Shown here: positions 1-7,335 of the stretch, in pieces | Layout of the letters: every line of letters begins with the position of its first letter | Position numbering within the stretch: the stretch's first letter is position 1 | Origin: Bifidobacterium longum subsp. longum JCM 1217 | Lineage (GTDB): Bacteria; Actinomycetota; Actinomycetes; Actinomycetales; Bifidobacteriaceae | Direction of reading: 5' to 3' | DNA length: 32,000 nt | NCBI RefSeq assembly: GCF_000196555.1 | Contig: NC_015067.1 | Location: 2,310,001 to 2,342,000, forward strand | The notes under the pieces: generated by a model | Seen by the model: only the letters and a program-made list of their open reading frames with translations | Told to the model about the DNA's origin: nothing | The model's database searches: none | Translations under genes and position numbers: made by a program

Positions 1-228
1 TGGGTATTTCGCTTCGAACCCGGCAATCAGCGCCTCATCTACAGCCTTCAGACCCGCTCCATCCCACAAAGTCAGCTCATATTTTTTATTACCTAAATCA
101 GTGCTGACCTCAGTAGGATTTGTATCACTTCGTGAGCTACTTGCCGAGCCGGGACCACATGCAGTCAGACTTCCAGCGATAAATATCGCAGCAAGCGCCG
201 CGCCGCTGTTACGCATAATCCTATTCAT
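1..228 (-). CDS. Sugar ABC transporter solute-binding lipoprotein, 5' part only (gene runs off the left edge)
   Basis: Own reverse-strand translation from ATG at 226-228 gives MNRIMRNSGAALAAIFIAGSLTACGPGSASSSRSD...KYELTLWDGAGLKAVDEALIAGFEAKYP. This is a signal peptide with a lipobox (LTAC) followed by a typical family-1 sugar-binding protein start. AGGAGG lies 6 nt upstream (235-240 on plus). It is not in the ORF track because it is truncated. Confidence 0.75.
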   Translation of the reverse strand, partial: MNRIMRNSGAALAAIFIAGSLTACGPGSASSSRSDTNPTEVSTDLGNKKYELTLWDGAGLKAVDEALIAGFEAKYP

Positions 229-310
229 CGGTTACCTCCTTGCATCCTCATCATATGCAATCGATATTTCTCTTTACTGTCACCATTTTTCGGCGGCAAT
301 AAAATATATT

Positions 311-328
311 TGCGATATCGATTACGCA
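311..328. promoter_or_regulatory. Candidate LacI-family operator (imperfect palindrome TGCGATATCGATTACGCA)
   Basis: 14/18 symmetric positions around a central TCGA. It sits in the AT-rich divergent region between the binding-protein gene and the first LacI gene. It shares the exact 12-mer ATCGATTACGCA with 410-421. A weaker AATCGATAT copy lies at 259-267. Confidence 0.35.
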
Positions 329-407
329 CATCGTACATCTTTTTGCGGAACCCGTCAACCTTGCATCACACCAATGGTGGCCTTAACTTCAAAATCCAGA
401 TACAATA

Positions 408-421
408 CAATCGATTACGCA
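408..421. promoter_or_regulatory. Candidate LacI-family operator, second copy (CAATCGATTACGCA)
   Basis: Contains the perfect 8-bp palindrome AATCGATT and an exact 12-mer repeat of 317-328. It ends 14 nt upstream of the LacI start codon at 436, which would fit autoregulation. Confidence 0.35.
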
Positions 422-435
422 ATGCAGGAGATCCC

Positions 436-1464
436 ATGAGCGAACCAACAATCTATGAAGTAGCCAAGGAGGCTGGAGTCTCTGCGGCGACCGTATCTCG
501 TGCAATCAACGGACGTGACCGCATATCGGAAACTACTAGGCAAAAGGTATTTGATGCATGTGCAAAGTTGGGGTTTTCAGCATCGAAAACAGCCTCCATG
601 CTGCGAACGGGAAAGACAAATCGTATAGCACTTACCGTAGGTAACTCACTGGCTGGCTGGTTCAGTTCACAACTAGCCGAAGGCGTATATTCCGTGCTCG
701 CATCCCAAGGATATGACTTGCTATCATACCGACTTGCAAACGCCGATCAAAGACGCGATTTCTTTTCCTCAATGCCAGTGAAGCGCAACGCAGACGCGGT
801 CATCATCTCCTCCTTCGACATCAGCGAGACAGAGAGGCGAACCTTAGAACAACTCGGTATGCCAGTCATCGGTGTCAACACCATCGGGCTTACGGAACAG
901 CGAGATATGATTTCCATCGGCGTAGACGAAATTATAGCAATGCGACAAACCGTTCATCAGCTCGCAGGACTGGGACATCGCAATATCGCCTTTATCTGCA
1001 AGCAGCAAGACAGTAACGGATTCATATGGGAAGCTGACCAACGTATAGAAGGGTTCCGTCTTGGCATGGCGGCTGAGGGACTCAACTTGCCCGACGGATA
1101 CATCATCGCAGTACAGGACAACGAATTTGCCGGAGCAGAGGCACTCAGTAGCCTGCTCGCACTCTCCCCTCGCCCAACCGCCGTATGCTGCATCAGCGAC
1201 GAGAATGCCATTCCTCTAGTCCATGCGCTTCGCTCATACGGATTCCGCGTACCTGAGGACATATCCGTCATCGGATTCGATGACTGGCCAATGGCACAAG
1301 CGCTCAATATATCAACCGTTCGGCACGACCCTCGGTCCTACGGAGCATTAGCGGCAGATGCCGCAATCCGATTATCACGAGGCGAAATTCTGACAGAAAG
1401 TTGCATCGTTGTTCCCACGACGCTCATGTTGCGCGGCACCACAGGCCCAGCACCTCGAGATTAA
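436..1464 (+). CDS. LacI-family transcriptional regulator (sugar-responsive repressor type)
   Basis: N-terminal HTH TIYEVAKEAGVSAATVSRAINGRDRIS followed by a periplasmic-binding-protein-like sugar-binding core. The ATG at 436 (MSEPTIYEV) was chosen because the 42 upstream codons of the track ORF lie in AT-rich non-coding-looking sequence. Visibly lower GC than the next gene. It could correspond to MelR1/MelR2 of B. breve (from memory). Confidence 0.85.
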   Translation: MSEPTIYEVAKEAGVSAATVSRAINGRDRISETTRQKVFDACAKLGFSASKTASMLRTGKTNRIALTVGNSLAGWFSSQLAEGVYSVLASQGYDLLSYRLANADQRRDFFSSMPVKRNADAVIISSFDISETERRTLEQLGMPVIGVNTIGLTEQRDMISIGVDEIIAMRQTVHQLAGLGHRNIAFICKQQDSNGFIWEADQRIEGFRLGMAAEGLNLPDGYIIAVQDNEFAGAEALSSLLALSPRPTAVCCISDENAIPLVHALRSYGFRVPEDISVIGFDDWPMAQALNISTVRHDPRSYGALAADAAIRLSRGEILTESCIVVPTTLMLRGTTGPAPRD

Positions 1465-1581
1465 ACATCGACAACGTCCGCATTTGATGATGTGCATATC
1501 ATTATTGCAACAGCGAAACAACAGGTACCAGCCAGAGGAAGGACGACCGGGTAACAGCCACAAGGCGGCCACCCATTCACC

Positions 1582-2601
1582 ATGAAACGCGCGACCATCA
1601 ACGACGTAGCTCTCACGGCCGGAGTCTCAACTTTTACCGCATCCCGCGCTTTGCGAGGTAAGGATCACGTGGCAGCAGCTACGCGGGATAAGGTGCTGAA
1701 AGCGGCCAAAGAGCTGAATTACACCGCGTCTCGCTCGGCGGCGGCGCTGGCAAGCGGACGCACCAATCGCATTGCCATGCTGGCTCGCGAACGGCTGGCC
1801 GGCTGGTTCATGGGCGAATTATTCGACGGGCTGTATGACGAACTGAGCCGCGCACGCTATGACTTGACCGTATACCGAGCCGGCAGCGTCGAGGAGCGTG
1901 CGGAATTCTTTACTCGGCTGCCAGCCAATCGTAACGCCGACGCCCTCATCGTATCCGGATTTTCCGCCACCGATGAGGAAGCCGACACGTTGGCCAGCAT
2001 GGGTATGCCCATCGTCTCGGTGAATTCGCCGTATATCAGCTGCTGCCAAGCCTCCGTGGCCATTGATGACGAGGCGGCCGAAGCCATGGCAGTGCGTTAT
2101 CTTGCGGCCCTCGGGCATCGTCGTTTCTGCTATGTGGGGCGCACCGATCCGCTGACCGGCAAGGAATGGGGATTCGATGCACGCGCACGCGGATACAAAG
2201 ATGAGATAGTCTCGCTTGGCCTCACCGACTGCGGCATCCACTTCATCGACTCGGAATCACCACGCTCGGCCAAACAAGTCATCGCCACCATGCTCGCGCA
2301 GCCTGAGCGGCCGACCGCTATCTGCGTGTGGTCTGACTACTACGCATTGCGCGTGGTACATGAGTTGCAGGCAATCGGAGTACGAATCCCCGAAGACGTT
2401 TCGGTCTTTGGCTTTGATGGGTCCGACGTGGCGGAATCCATTGGATTAAGCACCATGGTGCCAACTCCCCCGCGCGAAATCGGACAGATTGCCGCGCGCA
2501 AGGCACTGAATTTGGTTGAGGGGAAGACCTTGGACGACCCTCATACGACTGTACCTGTGGCGGTCGAGCCCGGCGCGACCAGTGGGCCAGTGCGGGAATA
2601 G
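1582..2601 (+). CDS. LacI-family transcriptional regulator, paralog of the preceding gene
   Basis: HTH TINDVALTAGVSTFTASRALRGKDHV. It shares blocks with the upstream LacI: G(K/R)TNRIA, LAGWF, YDL, FF, RNADA, MGMP(V/I). 339 aa. Confidence 0.85.
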   Translation: MKRATINDVALTAGVSTFTASRALRGKDHVAAATRDKVLKAAKELNYTASRSAAALASGRTNRIAMLARERLAGWFMGELFDGLYDELSRARYDLTVYRAGSVEERAEFFTRLPANRNADALIVSGFSATDEEADTLASMGMPIVSVNSPYISCCQASVAIDDEAAEAMAVRYLAALGHRRFCYVGRTDPLTGKEWGFDARARGYKDEIVSLGLTDCGIHFIDSESPRSAKQVIATMLAQPERPTAICVWSDYYALRVVHELQAIGVRIPEDVSVFGFDGSDVAESIGLSTMVPTPPREIGQIAARKALNLVEGKTLDDPHTTVPVAVEPGATSGPVRE

Positions 2602-2611
2602 GCGATATGGG

Positions 2612-2646
2612 AAAAGCCCCCCTCGGCGGAAAACCGAAGGAGGCTT
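2612..2646 (-). terminator. Intrinsic terminator of the ABC importer operon (also caps the convergent LacI gene)
   Basis: AGCCCCCCTCGG / CCGAAGGAGGCT stem (12 bp, 2 mismatches) with a 7-nt loop. On the minus strand it is followed by TTTTCCC. It lies between the convergent stops at 2601 and 2660. Confidence 0.6.
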
Positions 2647-2659
2647 GGGTGGAGCTGCA

Positions 2660-3526
2660 CTACTTCACAGCGCCTCGCATGACTCCACCGACGACCCACT
2701 TTTGGGCGAAGATGTAGACGATGAGGATCGGGGCCATGGCCATCAGGTAGCTGGAGAAGGCCATCGGGTAGTTGGTGGCGAACTGCGAGCTGAAGACGTA
2801 CTGGGCGAGCGGGATGGTCTGGTTCGACTGGTCGGTCAGGATGATCAACGGCAGGAGGAAGTCGTTCCAGGCCCACAGTGCGGTCAGGATGGCGATGGTG
2901 GCGTTAATCGGGCTCATCAGCGGGAAGATGATGGTCCAGAAAATGCGCCACGTGGATGCGCCATCGATTCGGGCCGCCTCTTCCAGCGAAACCGGAATCG
3001 AACGGATGAAGCCAGTGGCGATGAACAGGTTCGTGCCCAGGCCGAGCACCGTGTACAGAATGATCAGGCCGACCTGGTTGTCCAGGTGCAGGGAGCCCAT
3101 CTGCTTCGCAATCGGCAGCATGACGACCGGGAACGGCACGAACATGGCGGCGATGAAGAAGTAGTACAGGAAGCGGAAGAAGCGCTTGTCCATGTTGCGG
3201 GCCACGGCGTAGGCCACGAAGGTGTTGGTCAGCAGGGTGAGCACCACGGCGGCCACCGTGATGATCGCGGAGTTGAGCGCGGCCTTCGGGTAGTTGACCT
3301 TGGCGGAGGCGTCGGCGAAGTTGTGCCACTGCCACGAGGTGGGCAGGGCGAAGGTGCCGGCTTCGGCCGGAGTCTTCAGCGCGGTGACGATGGTGAAGTA
3401 GAGCGGGATCAGAATGGTCAGGCTCAGCACGGCCACGGCGGCGGTCAGCCACCAGTTGATCTTGTGGTCCCTGCGGAACTTGGCGGGCTTGCCGGACTTG
3501 GACGGGGTAACTGTTGCAGTAGTCAT
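2660..3526 (-). CDS. rafD: Carbohydrate ABC transporter permease (MalG-like)
   Basis: 288 aa with multiple TM segments and the EAA loop EEAARIDGASTWRIFWTIIFPL. GGGAGGA RBS before the ATG. Third gene of the binding protein-permease-permease operon. The symbol is by analogy to the B. breve raf cluster. Confidence 0.85.
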   Translation of the reverse strand: MTTATVTPSKSGKPAKFRRDHKINWWLTAAVAVLSLTILIPLYFTIVTALKTPAEAGTFALPTSWQWHNFADASAKVNYPKAALNSAIITVAAVVLTLLTNTFVAYAVARNMDKRFFRFLYYFFIAAMFVPFPVVMLPIAKQMGSLHLDNQVGLIILYTVLGLGTNLFIATGFIRSIPVSLEEAARIDGASTWRIFWTIIFPLMSPINATIAILTALWAWNDFLLPLIILTDQSNQTIPLAQYVFSSQFATNYPMAFSSYLMAMAPILIVYIFAQKWVVGGVMRGAVK

Positions 3527-3544
3527 TTCTTATCCTCCCCTAAA

Positions 3545-4474
3545 TCAGATCTGTTCCTGGCTGCGGGAGATGCGCAGCTGTACGAAGGCGATGATCGCCA
3601 GCACGATGAAGAAGAGCACGGCGTTTGCGGTCTGGTAGGCGTACTCGCCACCGGTCAGGCCACCCTTCCAGATGAGGTAGGTGACGGTTTCGGTGGAGGA
3701 GTTCGGACCGCCCTCGGTCAAGGCGACGACCTGATCGAAGGTGCCGAGCGCGTTCTTCATGGACAGCACGAGGTTGATGGTGAAGAACGGTCCGATCAGC
3801 GGGAATGTGATCTTCCAGAACTTCTGCCAGGCGTTGACGCCGTCGATGGCGGCGGCCTCGTAGATTTCGTCGTCGATGGTCTGCAGGCCGGCGAGGTAGA
3901 TGAGTACCGAGTAGGCGATGCCCTGCCAGACGGCGAGGAAGACGATTGGGATCCAGCTGAGTTGCTCATTGGTCAACAGCGAGGTGGACAGCCACTTGAT
4001 GCCCAGCGCCTTGCCGAGCTCGGGCAGCGGGTTCATGAAGATGTACTTGAACACGTAGCCGATGACCAGCACGGAGAGGGTGTAGGGGATGAAGAAGATG
4101 GCTCGGAAGCCATTCTTGAAGGCGATCTTCGAGTTCAGCAGCACCGACAGGAACAGGGCGATCACATTAATCAGCACCGTGATGAGAATGGCGATGAGGA
4201 ACGTGAACAGGTAGGCATGGCCCACTCGGTTGTCCTGGAAGAGGGCGATGTAGTTCTTCAGGCCGATGAACTTGTAATCGCCGTAGCCCTGCGAGTTGGT
4301 GAAGGAATACTTTACGCCATCAAGAAATGGCAGGTACAGGAAGAAGGCGAAGATGATGGCCGCCGGAACCACCATCCAGTAGTAGGCGGGGTCCACTTTG
4401 CGGGTGGAGAAGGCGGAGACCTTCTTCTTGGCCGGTTTCTTGGCAGCGGTCTTGGTTGCGGTTGCGTGTGACAT
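3545..4474 (-). CDS. rafC: Carbohydrate ABC transporter permease (MalF-like)
   Basis: 309 aa with the EAA loop YEAAAIDGVNAWQKFWKITFPL. AGGAGAGGAG RBS upstream of the ATG at 4472-4474. Confidence 0.85.
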   Translation of the reverse strand: MSHATATKTAAKKPAKKKVSAFSTRKVDPAYYWMVVPAAIIFAFFLYLPFLDGVKYSFTNSQGYGDYKFIGLKNYIALFQDNRVGHAYLFTFLIAILITVLINVIALFLSVLLNSKIAFKNGFRAIFFIPYTLSVLVIGYVFKYIFMNPLPELGKALGIKWLSTSLLTNEQLSWIPIVFLAVWQGIAYSVLIYLAGLQTIDDEIYEAAAIDGVNAWQKFWKITFPLIGPFFTINLVLSMKNALGTFDQVVALTEGGPNSSTETVTYLIWKGGLTGGEYAYQTANAVLFFIVLAIIAFVQLRISRSQEQI

Positions 4475-4495
4475 GATGTTCTCCTCTCCTACCGA

Positions 4496-5785
4496 TCACT
4501 CGAAGGTCCTGGCTTGGACCTTGTCCCATTCGGTCTGCATCTGGTTCAGGAAGCGGTCGGTGTTGCCGGAGGTCACCATGGTCTGCAGGTAGCCGCCGAT
4601 GTTGATGGACGAAGGAATGTAGTGGTCGCAGAAGTCGGCCAGTCGGTTTTCCTCGAAGAACGGGCGCACGGTTTCCAGCGCATCGTTGCCGAAGTAGGTG
4701 TCCTTCAGCGGCGTGATGGCGGACTGGGCGTCGGCGTAGGCGTCAAGCTGATCCTTCTGCATGAGGAACTCGACGAGCTTCATCGCTTCCTTGGGGTGCT
4801 TGGTGTTCGCACCGATGGTGAGCATCACGTCGTCGCCGGCGGTGAGGATCTGCTCGCTGGCGTCATCGGTGGCCGGCATCTGGGCGAAACCAAGTTCGAT
4901 ATCGGGGTTGATCAGCAGGATCTGCGGGATGGCGTAGGTGCCGAGCGGGATGATCGCGGCCTTGCCTTGGGCGAAGTTCTGCGTGCCCTGCTGGTAGGTG
5001 ACGCCGGTGTCCGCAGTGGAGTAGGTGAAGAGCTCGGATTCCTTCTCGACTGCGGTCTTCCACAGTTCCTGGAACGTGGTCTTGCCTTGCTTGAGCTCGG
5101 TGTACTTCGATTCGGGAACCAGCGTGCCGGTCAGGGAGGCGAGCGGTGCCTGGGTGGTCCAGGCGTCGGCCACGGAACCCTGCAGCGGGTTGATGCCGGC
5201 GTCCTTGAAGGTGTTGAGCATATCGGTGAACTCGCTCCAGGTGGTCGGCGGATTCTCCGGGTCAAGGCCAACCTTGCGGAACAGAGCCTTGTTGTAGATG
5301 TAGCCGGAGGCGTTACCCGCGAAGGGCAGGCCATACAGGCGCTTCTTGGAGGAATCGGTGGTCTGCACCAGATTCTTGGCGATCTGCACCATGCCGGGGT
5401 TGAGGGTGTCCACAATGGGTTCATCGGTGAAGTCGTAGAACACACCGGAGGCGGCGAAGTTGCCGAAGCTGATGTCGCCGTTGAAGGTGATCACGTCCGG
5501 CACACGATTCTTGACGAAACGGGTGCGCAGATCGGTCTGGGCGTTGGCGGAGTTGTTGATGTTGACCTTGATGGTCGGGTTCTGCTTCTCAAAGTCGGCG
5601 ACCATGGACTTGAACTGGTCGGCGGCCTCGGACTTGAACTGGAAGAAATCCAGCGTGACGGTGCCTGCGGTGCTGGAGCCGCAGCCTGCCAGGCCGAACC
5701 CGACGGCGATCGCGCACATCACGGCGGCGGTGCGCACGGCCAGACGCTTCAGTCTAGGCGTTGCATGTGGGGAATCGGACAGCAT
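4496..5785 (-). CDS. rafB: Raffinose-family oligosaccharide ABC transporter solute-binding lipoprotein
   Basis: Internal ATG at 5783-5785 is preceded by AAGGAG. It gives [38 protein letters not shown] (signal peptide plus lipobox), then a family-1 extracellular solute-binding fold. The 41 extra codons of the track ORF are Arg/Lys-rich junk. Confidence 0.85.
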   Translation of the reverse strand: MLSDSPHATPRLKRLAVRTAAVMCAIAVGFGLAGCGSSTAGTVTLDFFQFKSEAADQFKSMVADFEKQNPTIKVNINNSANAQTDLRTRFVKNRVPDVITFNGDISFGNFAASGVFYDFTDEPIVDTLNPGMVQIAKNLVQTTDSSKKRLYGLPFAGNASGYIYNKALFRKVGLDPENPPTTWSEFTDMLNTFKDAGINPLQGSVADAWTTQAPLASLTGTLVPESKYTELKQGKTTFQELWKTAVEKESELFTYSTADTGVTYQQGTQNFAQGKAAIIPLGTYAIPQILLINPDIELGFAQMPATDDASEQILTAGDDVMLTIGANTKHPKEAMKLVEFLMQKDQLDAYADAQSAITPLKDTYFGNDALETVRPFFEENRLADFCDHYIPSSINIGGYLQTMVTSGNTDRFLNQMQTEWDKVQARTFE

Positions 5786-5958
5786 AATTGTTGACTCCTT
5801 TATCTTTCTTTTCCTCCGGCTTCGGTGCCGGCGGTTCTTCCACTTTCCAAGGTAACGGTTCGGCCATTTCATTCCCAGCGCCAGCGAGCCCACTTGCGCA
5901 AGCAACAAAAAGCGCGGTATTTTGTGATTAACGCAATAAATACAGCGAAGGGGCTTGC

Positions 5959-7167
5959 ATGTCTGATGTCAACGCGATTCCACAGTGGTTTTCCGGATCC
6001 GAGCATACGCATCGCGTGGCGGCGGCAATTGCCCAATACGGGCCGATAGCCCGCACTACGTTGGCACAGATGCTGGGACTGAGCCAAGGGGCCTTGTCCC
6101 GCATCACCAGCGATCTGATCTACGCCGGGGTGATCGAGGAGCTTCCGGCCGAGGCCGGCCCGTCAGGCAAGCTGCCCGAGCGATTCACGCCAAGGGAAAG
6201 TTCGGATCGTCGCGGACGCCCGCAGACTTCGCTGGTGTTGTGTTCGAACGCACGCACCTTCATTGGTGTCAAGGTTCATGGGATGTCGATTGTGGCCGCT
6301 GCGGTGAACGCGCATGACGAGGTGGTGTCCGGCCGGCACGAGGTGCCGATCGGGGCGGATCAGTCGGCTGAGTATGTGGTGTCGGCCATCACGCGGCTGG
6401 TGCGCGAATGTTCCGCCGATATCGCCTCTTCCGGACTGCCCTCCCCCACTGCGGTGGGCGTTGCGGTAGGTGGGCATGTGGTCGACGATTCGATTGTGAC
6501 GTTCGCGCCGTTCCTGCATTGGGACGGGGCCACGGACTTGGGGACGATGGTCACAGAGGCGACCGGCCTGCCGTGCGGGGTGTTCAATGATATCGATTCT
6601 CTGCTGGTGGATGCCTCCTGGTTCGGGCCGGGTGTCGGCGTGGATATGTTCGCCGTGGTGACCATCGGCGTGGGTGTTGGTTATTCGCTGGCCGTGAACG
6701 GCAAGCCAGTGCAGTACCCGGATAAGAGCTATGGTCTGGTGGGCCACGTGCTTATCGATCCGGAGGGGCCGCGCTGCACCAGCGGACATATCGGCTGTTC
6801 ACAATGCTTGACTGACGATTCGATCGCCGAACAGTACTCTGCGATTGTGGGTCGCGCGGTCAGTTTTGAGGACTTTGCGCGCGATGCCAAGGGACGCGTG
6901 CCGCAGGCCACGCAGTTGGTGAACCGGACGTGTTTCCGGTTGGGTTCGCTGGTGGCTACGGTGGCGAACATCGCGATGCCCGGACATGTGATGATTGCCG
7001 GGGAGTCCGCGTTTTTGGCCAAGCTCGGCACCGATTCGCTGCGCGATGGCATTCGTTTCTACCGTCACAGCCAGACCCAGCCGGTCAAGTTCACGATTAT
7101 GGACCACGACTGGCAGCTCTGGGCCAAAGCCGCCGCCAGTCGCGTAATCGTGAAGCATATTGGGTAG
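5959..7167 (+). CDS. rafR: ROK-family transcriptional regulator
   Basis: N-terminal winged-helix segment ([32 protein letters not shown]). The ROK core has a Zn-site-like [22 protein letters not shown]. The position of the kinase DxGxT phosphate-1 motif reads IGVKVHGMS, so this is a regulator rather than a kinase. It is divergent from rafB. Confidence 0.8.
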   Translation: MSDVNAIPQWFSGSEHTHRVAAAIAQYGPIARTTLAQMLGLSQGALSRITSDLIYAGVIEELPAEAGPSGKLPERFTPRESSDRRGRPQTSLVLCSNARTFIGVKVHGMSIVAAAVNAHDEVVSGRHEVPIGADQSAEYVVSAITRLVRECSADIASSGLPSPTAVGVAVGGHVVDDSIVTFAPFLHWDGATDLGTMVTEATGLPCGVFNDIDSLLVDASWFGPGVGVDMFAVVTIGVGVGYSLAVNGKPVQYPDKSYGLVGHVLIDPEGPRCTSGHIGCSQCLTDDSIAEQYSAIVGRAVSFEDFARDAKGRVPQATQLVNRTCFRLGSLVATVANIAMPGHVMIAGESAFLAKLGTDSLRDGIRFYRHSQTQPVKFTIMDHDWQLWAKAAASRVIVKHIG

Positions 7168-7169
7168 GC

Positions 7170-7206
7170 CGTTCTTGGCTCCCCTCAGAGAGGGAAGCCA
7201 AGAACG
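7170..7206. terminator. Long hairpin just after the rafR stop (17-bp stem with 1 mismatch, loop AGA)
   Basis: CGTTCTTGGCTCCCCTC aga GAGGGAAGCCAAGAACG. Its core, GGCTCCCCTCAGAGAGGGAAGCC, recurs in reverse orientation at 12413-12435. Confidence 0.6.
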
Positions 7207-7312
7207 TTGCTTCGCCACAGTTACTCCGCCACGACCAGCAATTACGGACTTGCCTATCGGCAAGGCTCAATCCCACCTTCGCTCAGCTGTCGCTTCGCTC
7301 AGGCCGTGGCTA

Positions 7313-7335
7313 CTGACAGCCTACTAGGCTGTCAG
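7313..7335. terminator. Hairpin overlapping the alpha-galactosidase stop codon
   Basis: CTGACAGCC tacta GGCTGTCAG (9-bp perfect stem). The TGA stop of the minus-strand gene lies in the right arm (7332-7334). Confidence 0.4.

Noticed and set aside
101-439. 112-aa plus-strand ORF in the first intergenic region
   Set aside because: It overlaps the reverse-strand lipoprotein start and runs through AT-rich promoter sequence. It has no RBS or recognisable features.
2516-4471. 651-aa plus-strand ORF spanning both permease genes and their intergenic gap
   Set aside because: It is antisense to two ABC permease genes with clear EAA-loop motifs and good RBSs. The translation is Gly/Asp/Glu/His/Arg/Val-rich low-complexity sequence typical of the stop-free antisense frame of high-GC genes. 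There is no RBS.
4514-5794. 426-aa plus-strand ORF antisense to the binding-protein gene
   Set aside because: Same antisense high-GC artefact: GVGV/HH/DD-rich with no recognisable domain. The opposite strand encodes a clear lipoprotein binding protein.
5786-5908. 41-codon N-terminal extension of the binding-protein ORF in the track
   Set aside because: The extension is an RRKRK-rich segment without a signal-peptide context. The internal ATG at 5785 has an AAGGAG RBS and begins a canonical lipoprotein signal.
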